From the NCBI GenBank assembly GCA_964016885.1, contig OZ024740.1:416206001-416270000 (forward strand): a stretch of 64,000 nucleotides of DNA. The letters run 5' to 3'. This DNA is from Eledone cirrhosa. Its lineage: Eukaryota. Below the pieces are notes generated by a model. That model was not told where the DNA came from. It did not search any database and saw only the letters and a program-made list of their open reading frames with translations. Below, in pieces: positions 42,701 through 54,122 of the stretch. Positions within the stretch are counted from its first letter, which is position 1. Each line of letters opens with the position of its first letter. The position numbers and the translations under genes were made by a program.

Positions 42701-45700
42701 ACTGGTACAGTTCCTCTTGTAACCCAATGTTAGTGGCACTATTTGCAACCTGTTCGCTGGTACAGTTCCTGTTGCAACCCAATATTAGTGGCACTATTTA
42801 CAACCTATTCACTGGTACAGTTCCTCTTGCAACCCAATATTAGTGGCACTATTTACAACCTGTTCACTGGTACAGTTCCTCTTGTAACCCAATGTTAGTG
42901 GCACTATTTACAACCTGTTCACTGGTACAGTTCCTGTTGCAACCCAATGTTAGTGGCACTATTTACAACCTGTTCACTGGTACAGTTCCTGTTGCAACCC
43001 AATGTTAGTGGCACTATTTACAACCTGTTCACTGGTACAGTTCCTCTTGCAACCCAATGTTAGTGGCACTATTTACAACCTGTTCACTGGTACAGTTCCT
43101 GTTGCAACCCAATGTTAGTGGCACTATTTACAACCTGTTCACTGGTACAGTTCCTCTTGTAACCCAATGTTAGTGGCACTATTTACAACCTGTTCACTGG
43201 TACAGTACCTCTTGCAACCCAATGTTAGTGGCACTATTTACAACCTGTTCACTGGTACAGTTCCTCTTACAACCCAATGTTAGTGGCACTATTTACAACC
43301 TGTTCACTGGTACAGTACCTCTTGTAACCCACTGTTAGTGGTACTATTTACAACCTGTTCACTGGTACAGTACCTCTTGCAACCCAATGTTAGTGGCACT
43401 ATTTACAACCTGTTCACTGGTACAGTTCCTCTTGCAACCCAATGTTAGTGGCACTATTTACAACCTGTTCACTGATACATTTCCTGTTGCAACCCAATAT
43501 TAGTGGCACTATTTACAACCTGTTCACTGGTACAGCTCCTGTTGCAACCCAATGTTAGTGACACTATTTACAACCTGTTCACTGGTACAGTTCCTCTTGC
43601 AATATTAGTGGCACTATTTACAACCTGTTCACTGGTACAGTTCCTCTTGCAACCCAATGTTAGTGACACTATTTACAACCTGTTCACTGGTACAGTTCCT
43701 CTTGCAACCCAATGTTAGTGGCACTATTTACAACCTATTCACTGGTACAGTTCCTCTTGCAATATTAGTGGCACTATTTACAACCTGTTCACTGGTACAG
43801 TTCCTGTTGCAACCCAATGTTAGTGGCACTATTTACAACCTGTTCACTGGTACAGTTCCTCTTGCAACCCAATGTTAGTGGCACTATTTACAACCTGTTC
43901 ACTGGTACAGTTCCTCTTGTAACCCAATGTTAGTGGCACTATTTACAACCTGTTCACTGGTACAGTTCCTGTTGTAACCCAATGTTAGTGGCACTATTTA
44001 CAACCTGTTCACTGGTACAGTTCCTGTTGTAACCCAATGTTAGTGGTACTATTTACAACCTGTTCACTGATACAGTTCCTCTTGCAACCCAATGTTAGTG
44101 GCACTATTTGCAACCTATTCACTGGTACAGTTCCTCTTGCAACCCAATGTTAGTGGCACTATTTACAACCTGTTCACTGGTACAGTTCCTCTTGCAACCC
44201 AATGTTAGTGGCACTATTTACAACGTGTTCACTGGTACAGTTCCTCTTGCAACCCAATGTTAGTGGCACTATTTACAACCTGTTCACTAGTACAGTTCCT
44301 CTTGCAACCCAATGTTAGTGGCACTATTTACAACGTGTTCACTGGTACAGTTCCTCTTGCAACCCAATGTTAGTGGCACTATTTACAACCTGTTCACTGG
44401 TACAGTTCCTCTTGCAACCCAATGTTAGTGGCACTATTTACAACCTGTTCACTGATACAGTTCCTCTTGCAACCCAATGTTAGTGGTACTATTTAAAACC
44501 TGTTCTCTGATACAGTTCCTCTTGTAACCCAATATTAGTGGCACTATTTACAACCTGTTCACTGGTACAGTTCCTTATTGCAACCCAATGTTAGTGGCAC
44601 TATTTACAACCTGTTCACTGGTACAGTTCCTCTTGCAACCCAATGTTAGTGGCACTATTTACAACCTGTTCACTGGTACAGTTCCTGTTGCAACCCAATG
44701 TTAGTGGCACTATTTACAACCTGTTCACTGGTACAGTTCCTGTTGCAACCCAATATTAGTGGTACTATTTACAACCTGTTCACTGGTACAGTTCCTGTTG
44801 CAACCCAATGTTAGTGGCAATATTTACAACCTGTTCACTGGTACAGTTCCTCTTGCAACCCAATGTTAGTGGCACTATTTACAACCTGTTCACTGGTACA
44901 GTTCCTCTTGCAACCCAATGTTATTGGCACTATTTACAACCTGTTCACTGGTACAGTTCCTCTTGCAACCCAATGTTAGTGGCACTATTTACAACCTGTT
45001 CACTGGTACAGTTCCTCTTGCAACCCAATGTTAGTGGCACTATTTACAACCTGTTCACTGGTACAGTTCCTGTTGCAACCCAATGTTAGTGGCACTATTT
45101 ACAACCTGTTCACTGGTACAGTTCCTCTTGCAACCCAATGTTAGTGGCACTATTTACAACCTGTTCACTGGTACAGTTCCTCTTGCAACCCAATATTAGT
45201 GGCACTATTTACAACCTGTTCACTGGTACAGTTCCTGTTGCAACCCAATGTTAGTGGCACTATTTACAACCTGTTCACTGGTACAGTTCCTTATTGCAAC
45301 CCAATGTTAGTGGCACTATTTACAACCTGTTCACTGGTACAGTTCCTTATTGCAACCCAATGTTAGTGGCACTATTTACAACCTGTTCACTGGTACAGTT
45401 CCTCTTGCAACCCAATGTTAGTGGCACTATTTACAACCTGTTCACTGGTACAGTTCCTGTTGCAACCCAATATTAGTGGCACTATTTACAACCTGTTCAC
45501 TGGTACAGTTCCTGTTGCAACCCAATGTTAGTGGCACTATTTACAACCTGTTCACTGGTACAGTTCCTGTTGCAACCCAATGTTAGTGGCACTATTTACA
45601 ACCTGTTCACTGGTACAGTTCCTCTTGCAACCCAATGTTAGTGGCACTATTTACAACCTGTTCACTGGTACAGTTCCTGTTGCAACCCAATGTTAGTGGC

Positions 45701-47500
45701 ACTATTTACAACCTGTTCACTGGTACAGTTCCTCTTGTAACCCAATGTTAGTGGCACTATTTACAACCTGTTCACTGGTACAGTCCCTCTTGCAACCCAA
45801 TGTTAGTGGCACTATTTACAACCTGTTCACTGGTACAGTTCCTCTTACAACCCAATGTTAGTGGCACTATTTACAACCTGTTCACTGGTACAGTACCTCT
45901 TGTAACCCACTGTTAGTGGTACTATTTACAACCTGTTCACTGGTACAGTACCTCTTGCAACCCAATGTTAGTGGCACTATTTACAACCTGTTCACTGGTA
46001 CAGTTCCTCTTGCAACCCAATGTTAGTGGCACTATTTACAACCTGTTCACTGATACATTTCCTGTTGCAACCCAATATTAGTGGCACTATTTACAACCTG
46101 TTCACTGGTACAGCTCCTGTTGCAACCCAATGTTAGTGACACTATTTACAACCTGTTCACTGGTACAGTTCCTCTTGCAATATTAGTGGCACTATTTACA
46201 ACCTGTTCACTGGTACAGTTCCTCTTGCAACCCAATGTTAGTGACACTATTTACAACCTGTTCACTGGTACAGTTCCTCTTGCAACCCAATGTTAGTGGC
46301 ACTATTTACAACCTATTCACTGGTACAGTTCCTCTTGCAATATTAGTGGCACTATTTACAACCTGTTCACTGGTACAGTTCTTGTTGCAACCCAATGTTA
46401 GTGGCACTATTTACAACCTGTTCACTGGTACAGTTCCTCTTGCAACCCAATGTTAGTGGCACTATTTACAACCTGTTCACTGGTACAGTTCCTCTTACAA
46501 CCCAATGTTAGTGGCACTATTTACAACCTGTTCACTGGTACAGTTCCTGTTGTAACCCAATGTTAGTGGCACTATTTACAACCTGTTCACTGGTACAGTT
46601 CCTGTTGCAACCCAATGTTAGTGGCACTATTTACAACCTGTTCACTGATACAGTTCCTGTTGTAACCCAATGTTAGTGGTACTATTTACAACCTGTTCAC
46701 TGATACAGTTCCTCTTGCAACCCAATGTTAGTGGCACTATTTGCAACCTATTCACTGGTACAGTTCCTCTTGCAACCCAATGTTAGTGGCACTATTTACA
46801 ACCTGTTCACTGGTACAGTTCCTCTTGCAACCCAATGTTAGTGGCACTATTTACAACGTGTTCACTGGTACAGTTCCTCTTGCAACCCAATGTTAGTGGC
46901 ACTATTTACAACCTGTTCACTAGTACAGTTCCTCTTGCAACCCAATGTTAGTGGCACTATTTACAACGTGTTCACTGGTACAGTTCCTCTTGCAACCCAA
47001 TGTTAGTGGCACTATTTACAACCTGTTCACTGGTACAGTTCCTCTTGCAACCCAATGTTAGTGGCACTATTTACAACCTGTTCACTGATACAGTTCCTCT
47101 TGCAACCCAATGTTAGTGGTACTATTTAAAACCTGTTCTCTGATACAGTTCCTCTTGTAACCCAATATTAGTGGCACTATTTACAACTTGTTCACTGGTA
47201 CAGTTCCTTATTGCAACCCAATGTTAGTGGCACTATTTACAACCTGTTCACTGGTACAGTTCCTCTTGCAACCCAATGTTAGTGGCACTATTTACAACCT
47301 GTTCACTGGTACAGTTCCTGTTGCAACCCAATGTTAGTGGCACTATTTACAACCTGTTCACTGGTACAGTTCCTGTTGCAACCCAATATTAGTGGCACTA
47401 TTTACAACCTGTTCACTGGTACAGTTCCTGTTGCAACCCAATGTTAGTGGCACTATTTACAACCTGTTCACTGGTACAGTTCCTCTTGCAACCCAATGTT
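36790..47500. repeat. Higher-order duplications in distal satellite (offsets 4040/3765 and 2578 bp; edges approximate)
   Basis: Offsets: 36948->40988 and 37588->41628 = 4040; 39738->43503 = 3765 (five monomers fewer); 43503->46081 = 2578. Shared markers are CAACGTGT, CACTAGTAC and TTTAAAACC. Confidence 0.85.
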
Positions 47501-49659
47501 AGTGGCACTATTTACAACCTGTTCACTGGTACAGTTCCTCTTGCAACCCAATGTTAGTGGCACTATTTACAACGTGTTCACTGGTACAGTTCCTCTTGCA
47601 ACCCAATGTTAGTGGCACTATTTACAACCTGTTCACTGGTACAGTTCCTCTTGCAACCCAATGTTAGTGGCACTATTTACAACCTGTTCACTGATACAGT
47701 TCCTCTTGCAACCCAATGTTAGTGGTACTATTTAAAACCTGTTCTCTGATACAGTTCCTCTTGTAACCCAATATTAGTGGCACTATTTACAACCTGTTCA
47801 CTGGTACAGTTCCTTATTGCAACCCAATGTTAGTGGCACTATTTACAACCTGTTCACTGGTACAGTTCCTCTTGCAACCCAATGTTAGTGGCACTATTTA
47901 CAACCTGTTCACTGGTACAGTTCCTGTTGCAACCCAATATTAGTGGCACTATTTACAACCTGTTCACTGGTACAGTTCCTGTTGCAACCCAATGTTAGTG
48001 GCACTATTTACAACCTGTTCACTGGTACAGTTCCTCTTGCAACCCAATGTTAGTGGCACTATTTACAACCTGTTCACTGGTACAGTTCCTCTTGCAACCC
48101 AATGTTAGTGGCACTATTTACAACCTGTTCACTGGTACAGTTCCTGTTGCAACCCAAGGTTAGTGGCACTATTTACAACCTGTTCACTGGTACAGTTCCT
48201 CTTGCAACCCAATGTTAGTGGCACTATTTACAACCTGTTCACTGGTACAGTTCCTCTTGCAACCCAATATTAGTGGCACTATTTACAACCTGTTCACTGG
48301 TACAGTTCCTGTTGCAACCCAATGTTAGTGGCACTATTTACAACCTGTTCACTGGTACAGTTCCTTATTGCAACCCAATGTTAGTGGCACTATTTACAAC
48401 CTGTTCACTGGTACAGTTCCTTATTGCAACCCAATATTAGTGGCACTATTTACAACCTGTTCACTGGTACAGTTCCTCTTGCAACCCAATGTTAGTGGCA
48501 CTATTTACAACCTGTTCACTGGTACAGTTCCTGTTGCAACCCAATATTAGTGGCACTATTTACAACCTGTTCACTGATACAGTTCCTGTTGCAACCCAAT
48601 GTTAGTGGCACTATTTACAACCTGTTCACTGATACACTTCCTGTTGCAACCCAATGTTAGTGGCACTGTTTACAACCTGTTCACTGGTACAGTTCCTGTT
48701 GCAACCCAATGTTAGTGGCACTATTTACAACCTGTTCACTGATACAGTTCTTCTTGCAACCCAATGTTAGTGGCACTATTTACAACCTGTTCACTGGTAC
48801 AGTTCCTCTTGCAACCCAATATTAGTGGCACTATTTACAACCTGTTCACTGGTACAGTTCCTGTTGCAACCCAATGTTAGTGGCACTATTTACAACCTGT
48901 TCACTGATACAGTTCCTCTTGCAACCCAATGTTAGTGGCACTATTTACAACCTGTTCACTGATACAGTTCCTCTTGCAACCCAATGTTAGTGGCACTATT
49001 TACAACCTGTTCACTGGTGCAGTTCCTCTTGCAACCCAATATTAGTGGCACTATTTGCAACCTGTTCACTGGTACAGTTCCTGTTGTAACCCAATGTTAG
49101 TGGCACTATTTGCAACCTGTTCACTGGTACAGTTCCTCTTGTAACCCAATGTTAGTGGCACTATTTACAACCTGTTCACTGGTACAGTTCCTCTTGTAAC
49201 CCAATATTAGTGGCACTATTTACAACCTGTTCACTGATACAGCTCCTGTTGCAACCCAATTTTAGTGGCACTATTTGCAACCTGTTCACTGATACAGTTC
49301 CTCTTGCAACCCAATGTTAGTGGCACTATTTACAACCTGTTCACTGATACAGTTCCTCTTGCAACCCAATGTTAGTGGCACTATTTACAACCTGTTCACT
49401 GGTACAGTTCCTCTTGCAACCCAATGTTAGTGGCACTATTTGCAACCTGTTCACTGGTACAGTTCCGCTTGTAACCCAATGTTAGTGGCACTATTTACAA
49501 CCTGTTCACTGGTACAGTTCCGCTTGCAACCCAATGTTAGTGGCACTATTTACAACCTGTTCACTGATACAGTTCCTCTTGCAACCCAATGTTAGTGGCA
49601 CTATTTACAACCTGTTCACTGGTACAGTTCCTCTTGCAACCCAATGTTAGTGGCACTAT

Positions 49660-50050
49660 TTACAACCTGTTCACTGGTACAGTTCCGCTTGTAACCCAAT
49701 GTTAGTGCCCAGATTGCTGCTGCTGCTTCTTGAGTAATCCTTCCATCCTCAAAAGTCTCTATACAATAAATCATTTGTACTCATTATGTTTATTGTATCA
49801 TTTATTGTACCAGTATTTATATCTTCTTGAGTCATCCTCCTTTCAAAGGTGAAACATTCATTTTGCTTTTCCTAATGGCTAGAATATATGTAACTCACCA
49901 CACCTGCTTACTCATCAGATTTCTTCACTAACTGGAGCAGTCGTGTCAACCCATTGTTGAATTAATAGTTGATCATTTGTGAAGCCACTGGTGTTCACAA
50001 CATTGAGGTTATCTAATTAAACTGATGATCGTTGCATCAGCTATTGCTTA
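49660..50050 (-). pseudogene. Candidate decayed exons of an armadillo-repeat-like gene, overlapping the last satellite monomer
   Basis: Minus strand: acceptor CCTACTTGTCTTACAG before 50050, a segment ending NNGLTRLLQLVKKSD, donor GA|GTAAGC at 49911, about 153 nt of AT-rich spacer, and acceptor TTTATTGTATAG before 49758. After it, one frame reads RLLRMEGLL and another reads QEAAAAIWALTLGYKRNC. Stops and frame incompatibility are present. The motif match is by eye only. Confidence 0.35.
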
Positions 50051-50441
50051 CTGTAAGACAAGTAGGATTTATATCAAAGCTTACTCTTCTAGATCCGACC
50101 TGTTCTGCTGGATTGTCCTTTCATAGACATATCAGAGGCACCTCGTGTAGGATGTGGCTTTTCACCATGCAGGCTGGTCTTCACAATATATACTTATTCA
50201 AGCTCAGATTGCAGAGTGAGCAAAGTTTTGACACACAATGTAAAATTATATTAAGTCTTTTGATATTTTTGATTGGCTAAAATGACTCTTTCTAACTGTA
50301 GTTGCTTTTGTTTCAACACAGTTTCTGACAAATCCCTTGCCAGATAAGTACAACTCTTGAACTATGTAGCTTACTTTTCTATTTTCTATATTCTAAGCTT
50401 AAAATACTGTTGCTAAGATCAACTTTACATTCAGAAAGATA

Positions 50442-50655
50442 TATTCTTTTAATGTTACAATATTAAAGAAAATGTAAAGGAAGGGGTGAACAACGGAGCC
50501 AACACCAGAGCAAAAGACAGCAACGTTGCGAGTACTGGGCAACCTCTCTAATGATTTTTTGAGGGAAGCCAGCACACTCGCAGCGTTGCCTCGGATGATG
50601 GCAAGGCTGATGCGCTGAAACAGCCAAGTGCCCTCGCGAGATTCGCCTGTTACCT
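50442..50655 (-). mobile_element. 3' end of a CRE-type (restriction-like endonuclease) non-LTR retrotransposon, left copy
   Basis: Translates VTGESREGTWLFQRISLAIIRGNAASVL, matching the QR(I/L)SxAIxRGNA C-terminal motif of CRE-clade ORFs, followed by a 3' UTR. Confidence 0.8.
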
Positions 50656-50659
50656 GTCG

Positions 50660-50942
50660 GTCAGCTACATTTTCAGCCTGTGGCTTTCGAGACGTTTGGG
50701 GGAGTCGGGCCGCTGACTGCGAGGTTCCTCTCCTCACTGGCGGCTCACCTAATAGAGGTAACTGCCGAATCCCGTGAGGGCGCTTGGCTGTTACAGTGCA
50801 TCAGCCTCGCCATCACCCGAGGCAACACTGCGAGTGTGCTGGCTTGCCTCAAAAATCATTAGAGAGGTTTCCCAGTACTCGCGATGTTGCTGTCTTTTGC
50901 TCTGGAGTTGGTTCCGTTGTTCACCCCTTCCTTTACATTTTC
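50660..50942 (+). mobile_element. 3' end of a CRE-type non-LTR retrotransposon, right copy
   Basis: Translates FQPVAFETFGGVGPLTARFLSSLAAHLIEVTAESREGAWLLQCISLAITRGNTASVLACLKNH*, with the FxPxAxETxG motif. Bases 50756-50942 are the reverse complement of 50468-50655 with about 17 differences by hand count. Confidence 0.85.
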
Positions 50943-51284
50943 ACTTTACATTTAGAAGATAATTAGTTCCAATACCAGTTATATACTGCGGATCATTCAA
51001 TCAGCTGTACTCTACACCTACAAAATTAGCCTAGTGTCTATTGGAGAAATTATTATTATAATCATTGTTGTCAGGAGTTCAATGACTTTTGTTTTCAAAA
51101 TGATATGGATTAGATAGGTCTACAAAAATAGTATTTTCCCATCAATTCAAAACATTTTTCCACATGTGCAGATGTACATACAAATGCACATGTTAGTGCA
51201 TGTGCACATACAAATGCACTTGCTGTCACCATAATAGTAAAGATTAGACTCACTTTTAACTGCATTCCATATTTAATTAATTTT

Positions 51285-51465
51285 AATTAATTAAAATTTT
51301 AAGGTTTATTCTCCTGCCTTTTACGATCAGAATTAGTCATTATGTCCTCTTCTCTAAAGGTAAAATATTGATTGATTAACATTTTAGGGTTTATTCTCCT
51401 GCCTTTTTTGACCAGAACTAGTCATTCTGTCCTCTTTAAAGGTAAAATATTAATTTAATTAAAAT
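51285..51465. repeat. Diverged tandem duplication of about 85 bp
   Basis: GGTTTATTCTCCTGCCTTTT...GTCATT...AAAGGTAAAATATT occurs twice in tandem. Confidence 0.85.
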
Positions 51466-51785
51466 CTCTTGGTTTACTACATCAATATCCTAATTGCTAC
51501 TTTACTATTAAGTTTTCATGTAACAGCAAACATACATGAGAGTATTTTTTATGAAATGTATGTTTTTTACTCTAGCACAAAATTGCTTGGAATTTACTTT
51601 TTTTAATTCAATCATTGATAAAATAAAATAAAATTATAAAATACAGATAATTATTTTGTTTGTTTTAGTTACCATGGTTAAGGCCATGCTGGAGTAACAC
51701 TTTCAGTTTAGTGGTCCTAATATCTTCATCTTTGAGGTGAATATTTATTTCATTCTTAAAAGATATAAGCTGTTCTAATATTTTA

Positions 51786-51990
51786 TATGAGGGGTAGCTG
51801 AAAAGTTCATAGGCTGACCAAGATACTCTCATGGAATTAACAAGTGAGGTTTATTTTTTAACATAGTTCCTGGAAAGAAACAATGCAATTATTGATAAGA
51901 AGAATAGTTGAAATTAATGTATGCAAGATTTCACAGCTCTAGCATCAATCCTTCATACTCAGCCTATGAACTTTTCAGCTCACCCTCATA
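51786..51990. mobile_element. Tc1/mariner-type MITE with TA TSD
   Basis: TIRs of about 30 bp: TA|TGAGGGGTAGCTGAAAAGTTCATAGGCTGA ... TCAGCCTATGAACTTTTCAGCTCACCCTCA|TA. No coding capacity. Confidence 0.88.
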
Positions 51991-52139
51991 TTTCCATGTT
52001 GACTTGAATTATTCCAATCAGAAGTGATGAGTTCACCCATCTAGATAAAATATTGTTAAACTGTTATTGCTGCTGTTGTTTAGTCCCAGGTCAACCCTTA
52101 TTGAGTCCCAGGTCAACCCATCTTTTTATATTTTGGAAA

Positions 52140-52447
52140 CATTTTTTATGCTCAGAGTTGTTGAAGCATGGAACAAACTAGCTGCATCAGTTGTTAGATG
52201 TCGGGACACTGCATCCTTCAAATCTTCTATGCTTCCTGTAATTCACCAACACTACACCAGATATTCCCCCTTCATAAACATGCACACATGTGAGTGTGTA
52301 TCTGTGTGTGTATATCATGACTCATACACTGTTCACTTTCCTAATATTTGTACATTATTCTATGTAATATACATGCACCTTTGATGAGTTGTAGTGCACC
52401 TGAACACTGTCTACAATAATTTCCCTTATTATCATTGTTATTATTAT
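52140..52447 (+). mobile_element. CR1-clade LINE 3' end (ORF2 C-terminus, 3' UTR, ATT-rich tail)
   Basis: FFMLRVVEAWNKLAASVVRCRDTASFK fits the CR1 ORF2 terminal motif FFxxRVVxxWNxLPxxVV...FK. The UTR recurs at 60371-60480 and 61812-61853. Confidence 0.85.
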
Positions 52448-52751
52448 ATCAGACACTACATTGTTGAATGTGTCACTTTTTACGATGAAAGGATGAGATT
52501 TGAGGGAGATTTGGATGCTTTTCCTAGCAGGTCAAGCAACCATGTAGCATATTTCTTGCTGGCTTGGTTATATTGTAGTTGAAGGTACAGGCAGTTTATA
52601 AAAGATCTCTTAGTTTGGCAATTACTGTATGAGATGATTGATTCTGGATAAAAATTAATATATAATCAGTATGATTGAGAGAAGGAGGAAGGCCAAACCA
52701 GGTTAAACAATGGCCCATTGTTATACCTGCATGTTCTTCCTCTTAAGGGTT

Positions 52752-52950
52752 TCATCGTTTTTACATCCAATTTTTCCATGCTGCATAGGTTAGACGGATC
52801 TTTCTCAGCCCAGCATCTCTCCACTTACCACATTCCTTCGTCAACTCCTCTGCGAGTTTCAGAAATTTGAAGTCAACTCTGACTACTTCCGCCTATGTCT
52901 TTCTTCGTCTATTGCGGTTTCCTTCCTCTGTCATTTCCTGGAAGTTCTTG
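52752..52950 (-). mobile_element. Degenerate RTE-clade LINE 3' end
   Basis: Minus strand reads RRKT*AEVVRVDFKFLKLAEELTKECGKWR, like the RTE terminal GRPRKTWxEVVxxD motif. It is followed by the CAGCATGGAAAAATTGGATGTAAAA tail shared with SINE tails here. Confidence 0.65.
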
Positions 52951-53684
52951 GTTTAGAAAACCAAAAATGTTTTAAAGCAGGACTTGCATAACCTGATTAG
53001 TCAGTCCCCCTAGTAACAATTTCCATTCCCATTTGTACTTCATATCTCTTGAGGATTTCTAGTAGCCACCTAGGTGGCTTAAACCATGGTGTCCAGGGCC
53101 AATTTATCAGTAGTGGTAGTGTGGGGGCAGTGGTGGCAAATGACCTGGGTCCTCATCAAACAAGGCCCTTTCTTCAAGCAGGTCTCCCACTTGAAACAGA
53201 GTTCCTGCTACATTTTAACAATGATGGTGCTTGATGTGTGTGAATATGTGGTTATATGCTTGTGTGTGTTCTATGAGGGGCTCACCAAACTTGAGCGCCC
53301 TCCTCCACAAAAAAAAAAGGTCTAAATCTGGTCCAGATGTTGTACAGAACCTCTTCCATCTGAAACAAAATAACTTTTTCTGTGCTTGTAAAGACAACGT
53401 AAATGAAGCATGTATAAGAATTAGTCTGAGAATGAAGTCAAGAGAATATACAGCATTTGTTTCTTTAATGACTTATTAGTTGGGGTAGCAAGGGTTGAAT
53501 TAATTTAAGGTACTAGTGGTTGAGTATGTCTGTATATGTGTGTTGTCTGAACATATATCCTCCACCTTCAACTAACTTACTCTTCACCTCCCGGTCCTGG
53601 CCGACAGGACGGAGAATACATTGCCCTGGAGGACAGTGAGGGAGACACGCTAGAACAGTCATTCCACCTTGTGGGCTCCACAAA

Positions 53685-53878
53685 GTGGACTGAGTGCTTT
53701 TTCTTGTGACACCAACTCGACCACTTCAGTATGTGCTGGGAGCTTTTTGTCGTGACACCTCCACGGGCACTTTACAGTGTGGACTGGGTACTTTTTGTCA
53801 TGGCACCTCCACTGCCATTTTACTGTGTGAACTGGTTACTTTTTGTCATGACACCTCCATGGCCATTTTACAGTGTGT
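53685..53878. repeat. Minisatellite, about 4 copies of about 45 bp, derived from a SINE-internal segment
   Basis: Unit about CTGGGTACTTTTTGTCATGGCACCTCCACTGCCATTTTACTGTGTGAA, homologous to 55560-55610 and to the reverse complement of 57600-57652. Confidence 0.8.
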
Positions 53879-53954
53879 TTGACAGCTCACACCTATGCAG
53901 GTTTAGCTGGCCTCCTCCAAGGTATATCTCGTTGGAGGTGTCTTGGGTAATTTA

Positions 53955-54122
53955 ATGATAGGGACCCCAGTCCTATCATCTCATTTCTACAGCTGAATAA
54001 ACTGGAGCAACGTGAGTTAAAGTGTCTTGCTCAAGGAAACAACACATCACCCAGTCCGAGAATTGAACTCACAACCTTTCGATTGCAAGCCCAATGCTCT
54101 AACCACTAAGCCATGCATCTTC
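53955..54122 (-). mobile_element. tRNA-derived SINE (family B) 5' module
   Basis: Reverse complement has A box TGGCTTAGTGG, B box GAGTTCAATTC, a CORE/V-like TTTCCTTGAGCAAGACACTT and a terminal hairpin. It is homologous to 57460-57593. Confidence 0.85.

Larger units (their letters stand above)
1..49707. repeat. 55-bp tandem satellite array, about 900 monomers, open at the left window edge
   Basis: Consensus GGCACTATTTACAACCTGTTCACTGGTACAGTTCCTCTTGCAACCCAATGTTAGT repeats head-to-tail in one orientation, usually with 0-3 differences per unit. The last matching bases are GTTAGTG at 49701-49707. Length variants: 50 bp (GCAATATTAG), 54 bp (TGATCAGTT), 52 bp (GTTCTTGCAAC), 56 bp (CCTTATTGC). Confidence 0.99.

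Noticed and set aside
2569-48550. Repeat-protein genes from the ORF track
   Set aside because: 55 is not a multiple of 3. The ORFs arise only where 50/54/56-bp units skip stops, and they recur with DNA duplications.
1-49707. CRISPR array
   Set aside because: The units abut with no unique spacers, there are no cas genes, and the context is animal DNA.
1-49707. Array of micro-exons with 11-nt GTTGTAAATAG introns on the minus strand
   Set aside because: 11 nt is far below the animal spliceosomal minimum, and 44-nt exons do not keep frame.
1-49707. Centromere or telomere call
   Set aside because: There is no TTAGGG tract, and centromere function cannot be inferred without CENP-A data.
50095-50230. 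Third upstream exon ending GA|GTAAGC at 50094
   Set aside because: The implied intron is only 44 nt, the frames contain stops, and there is no clear acceptor.
50399-50966. Overlapping host genes on both strands
   Set aside because: Explained by the inverted CRE fragments.
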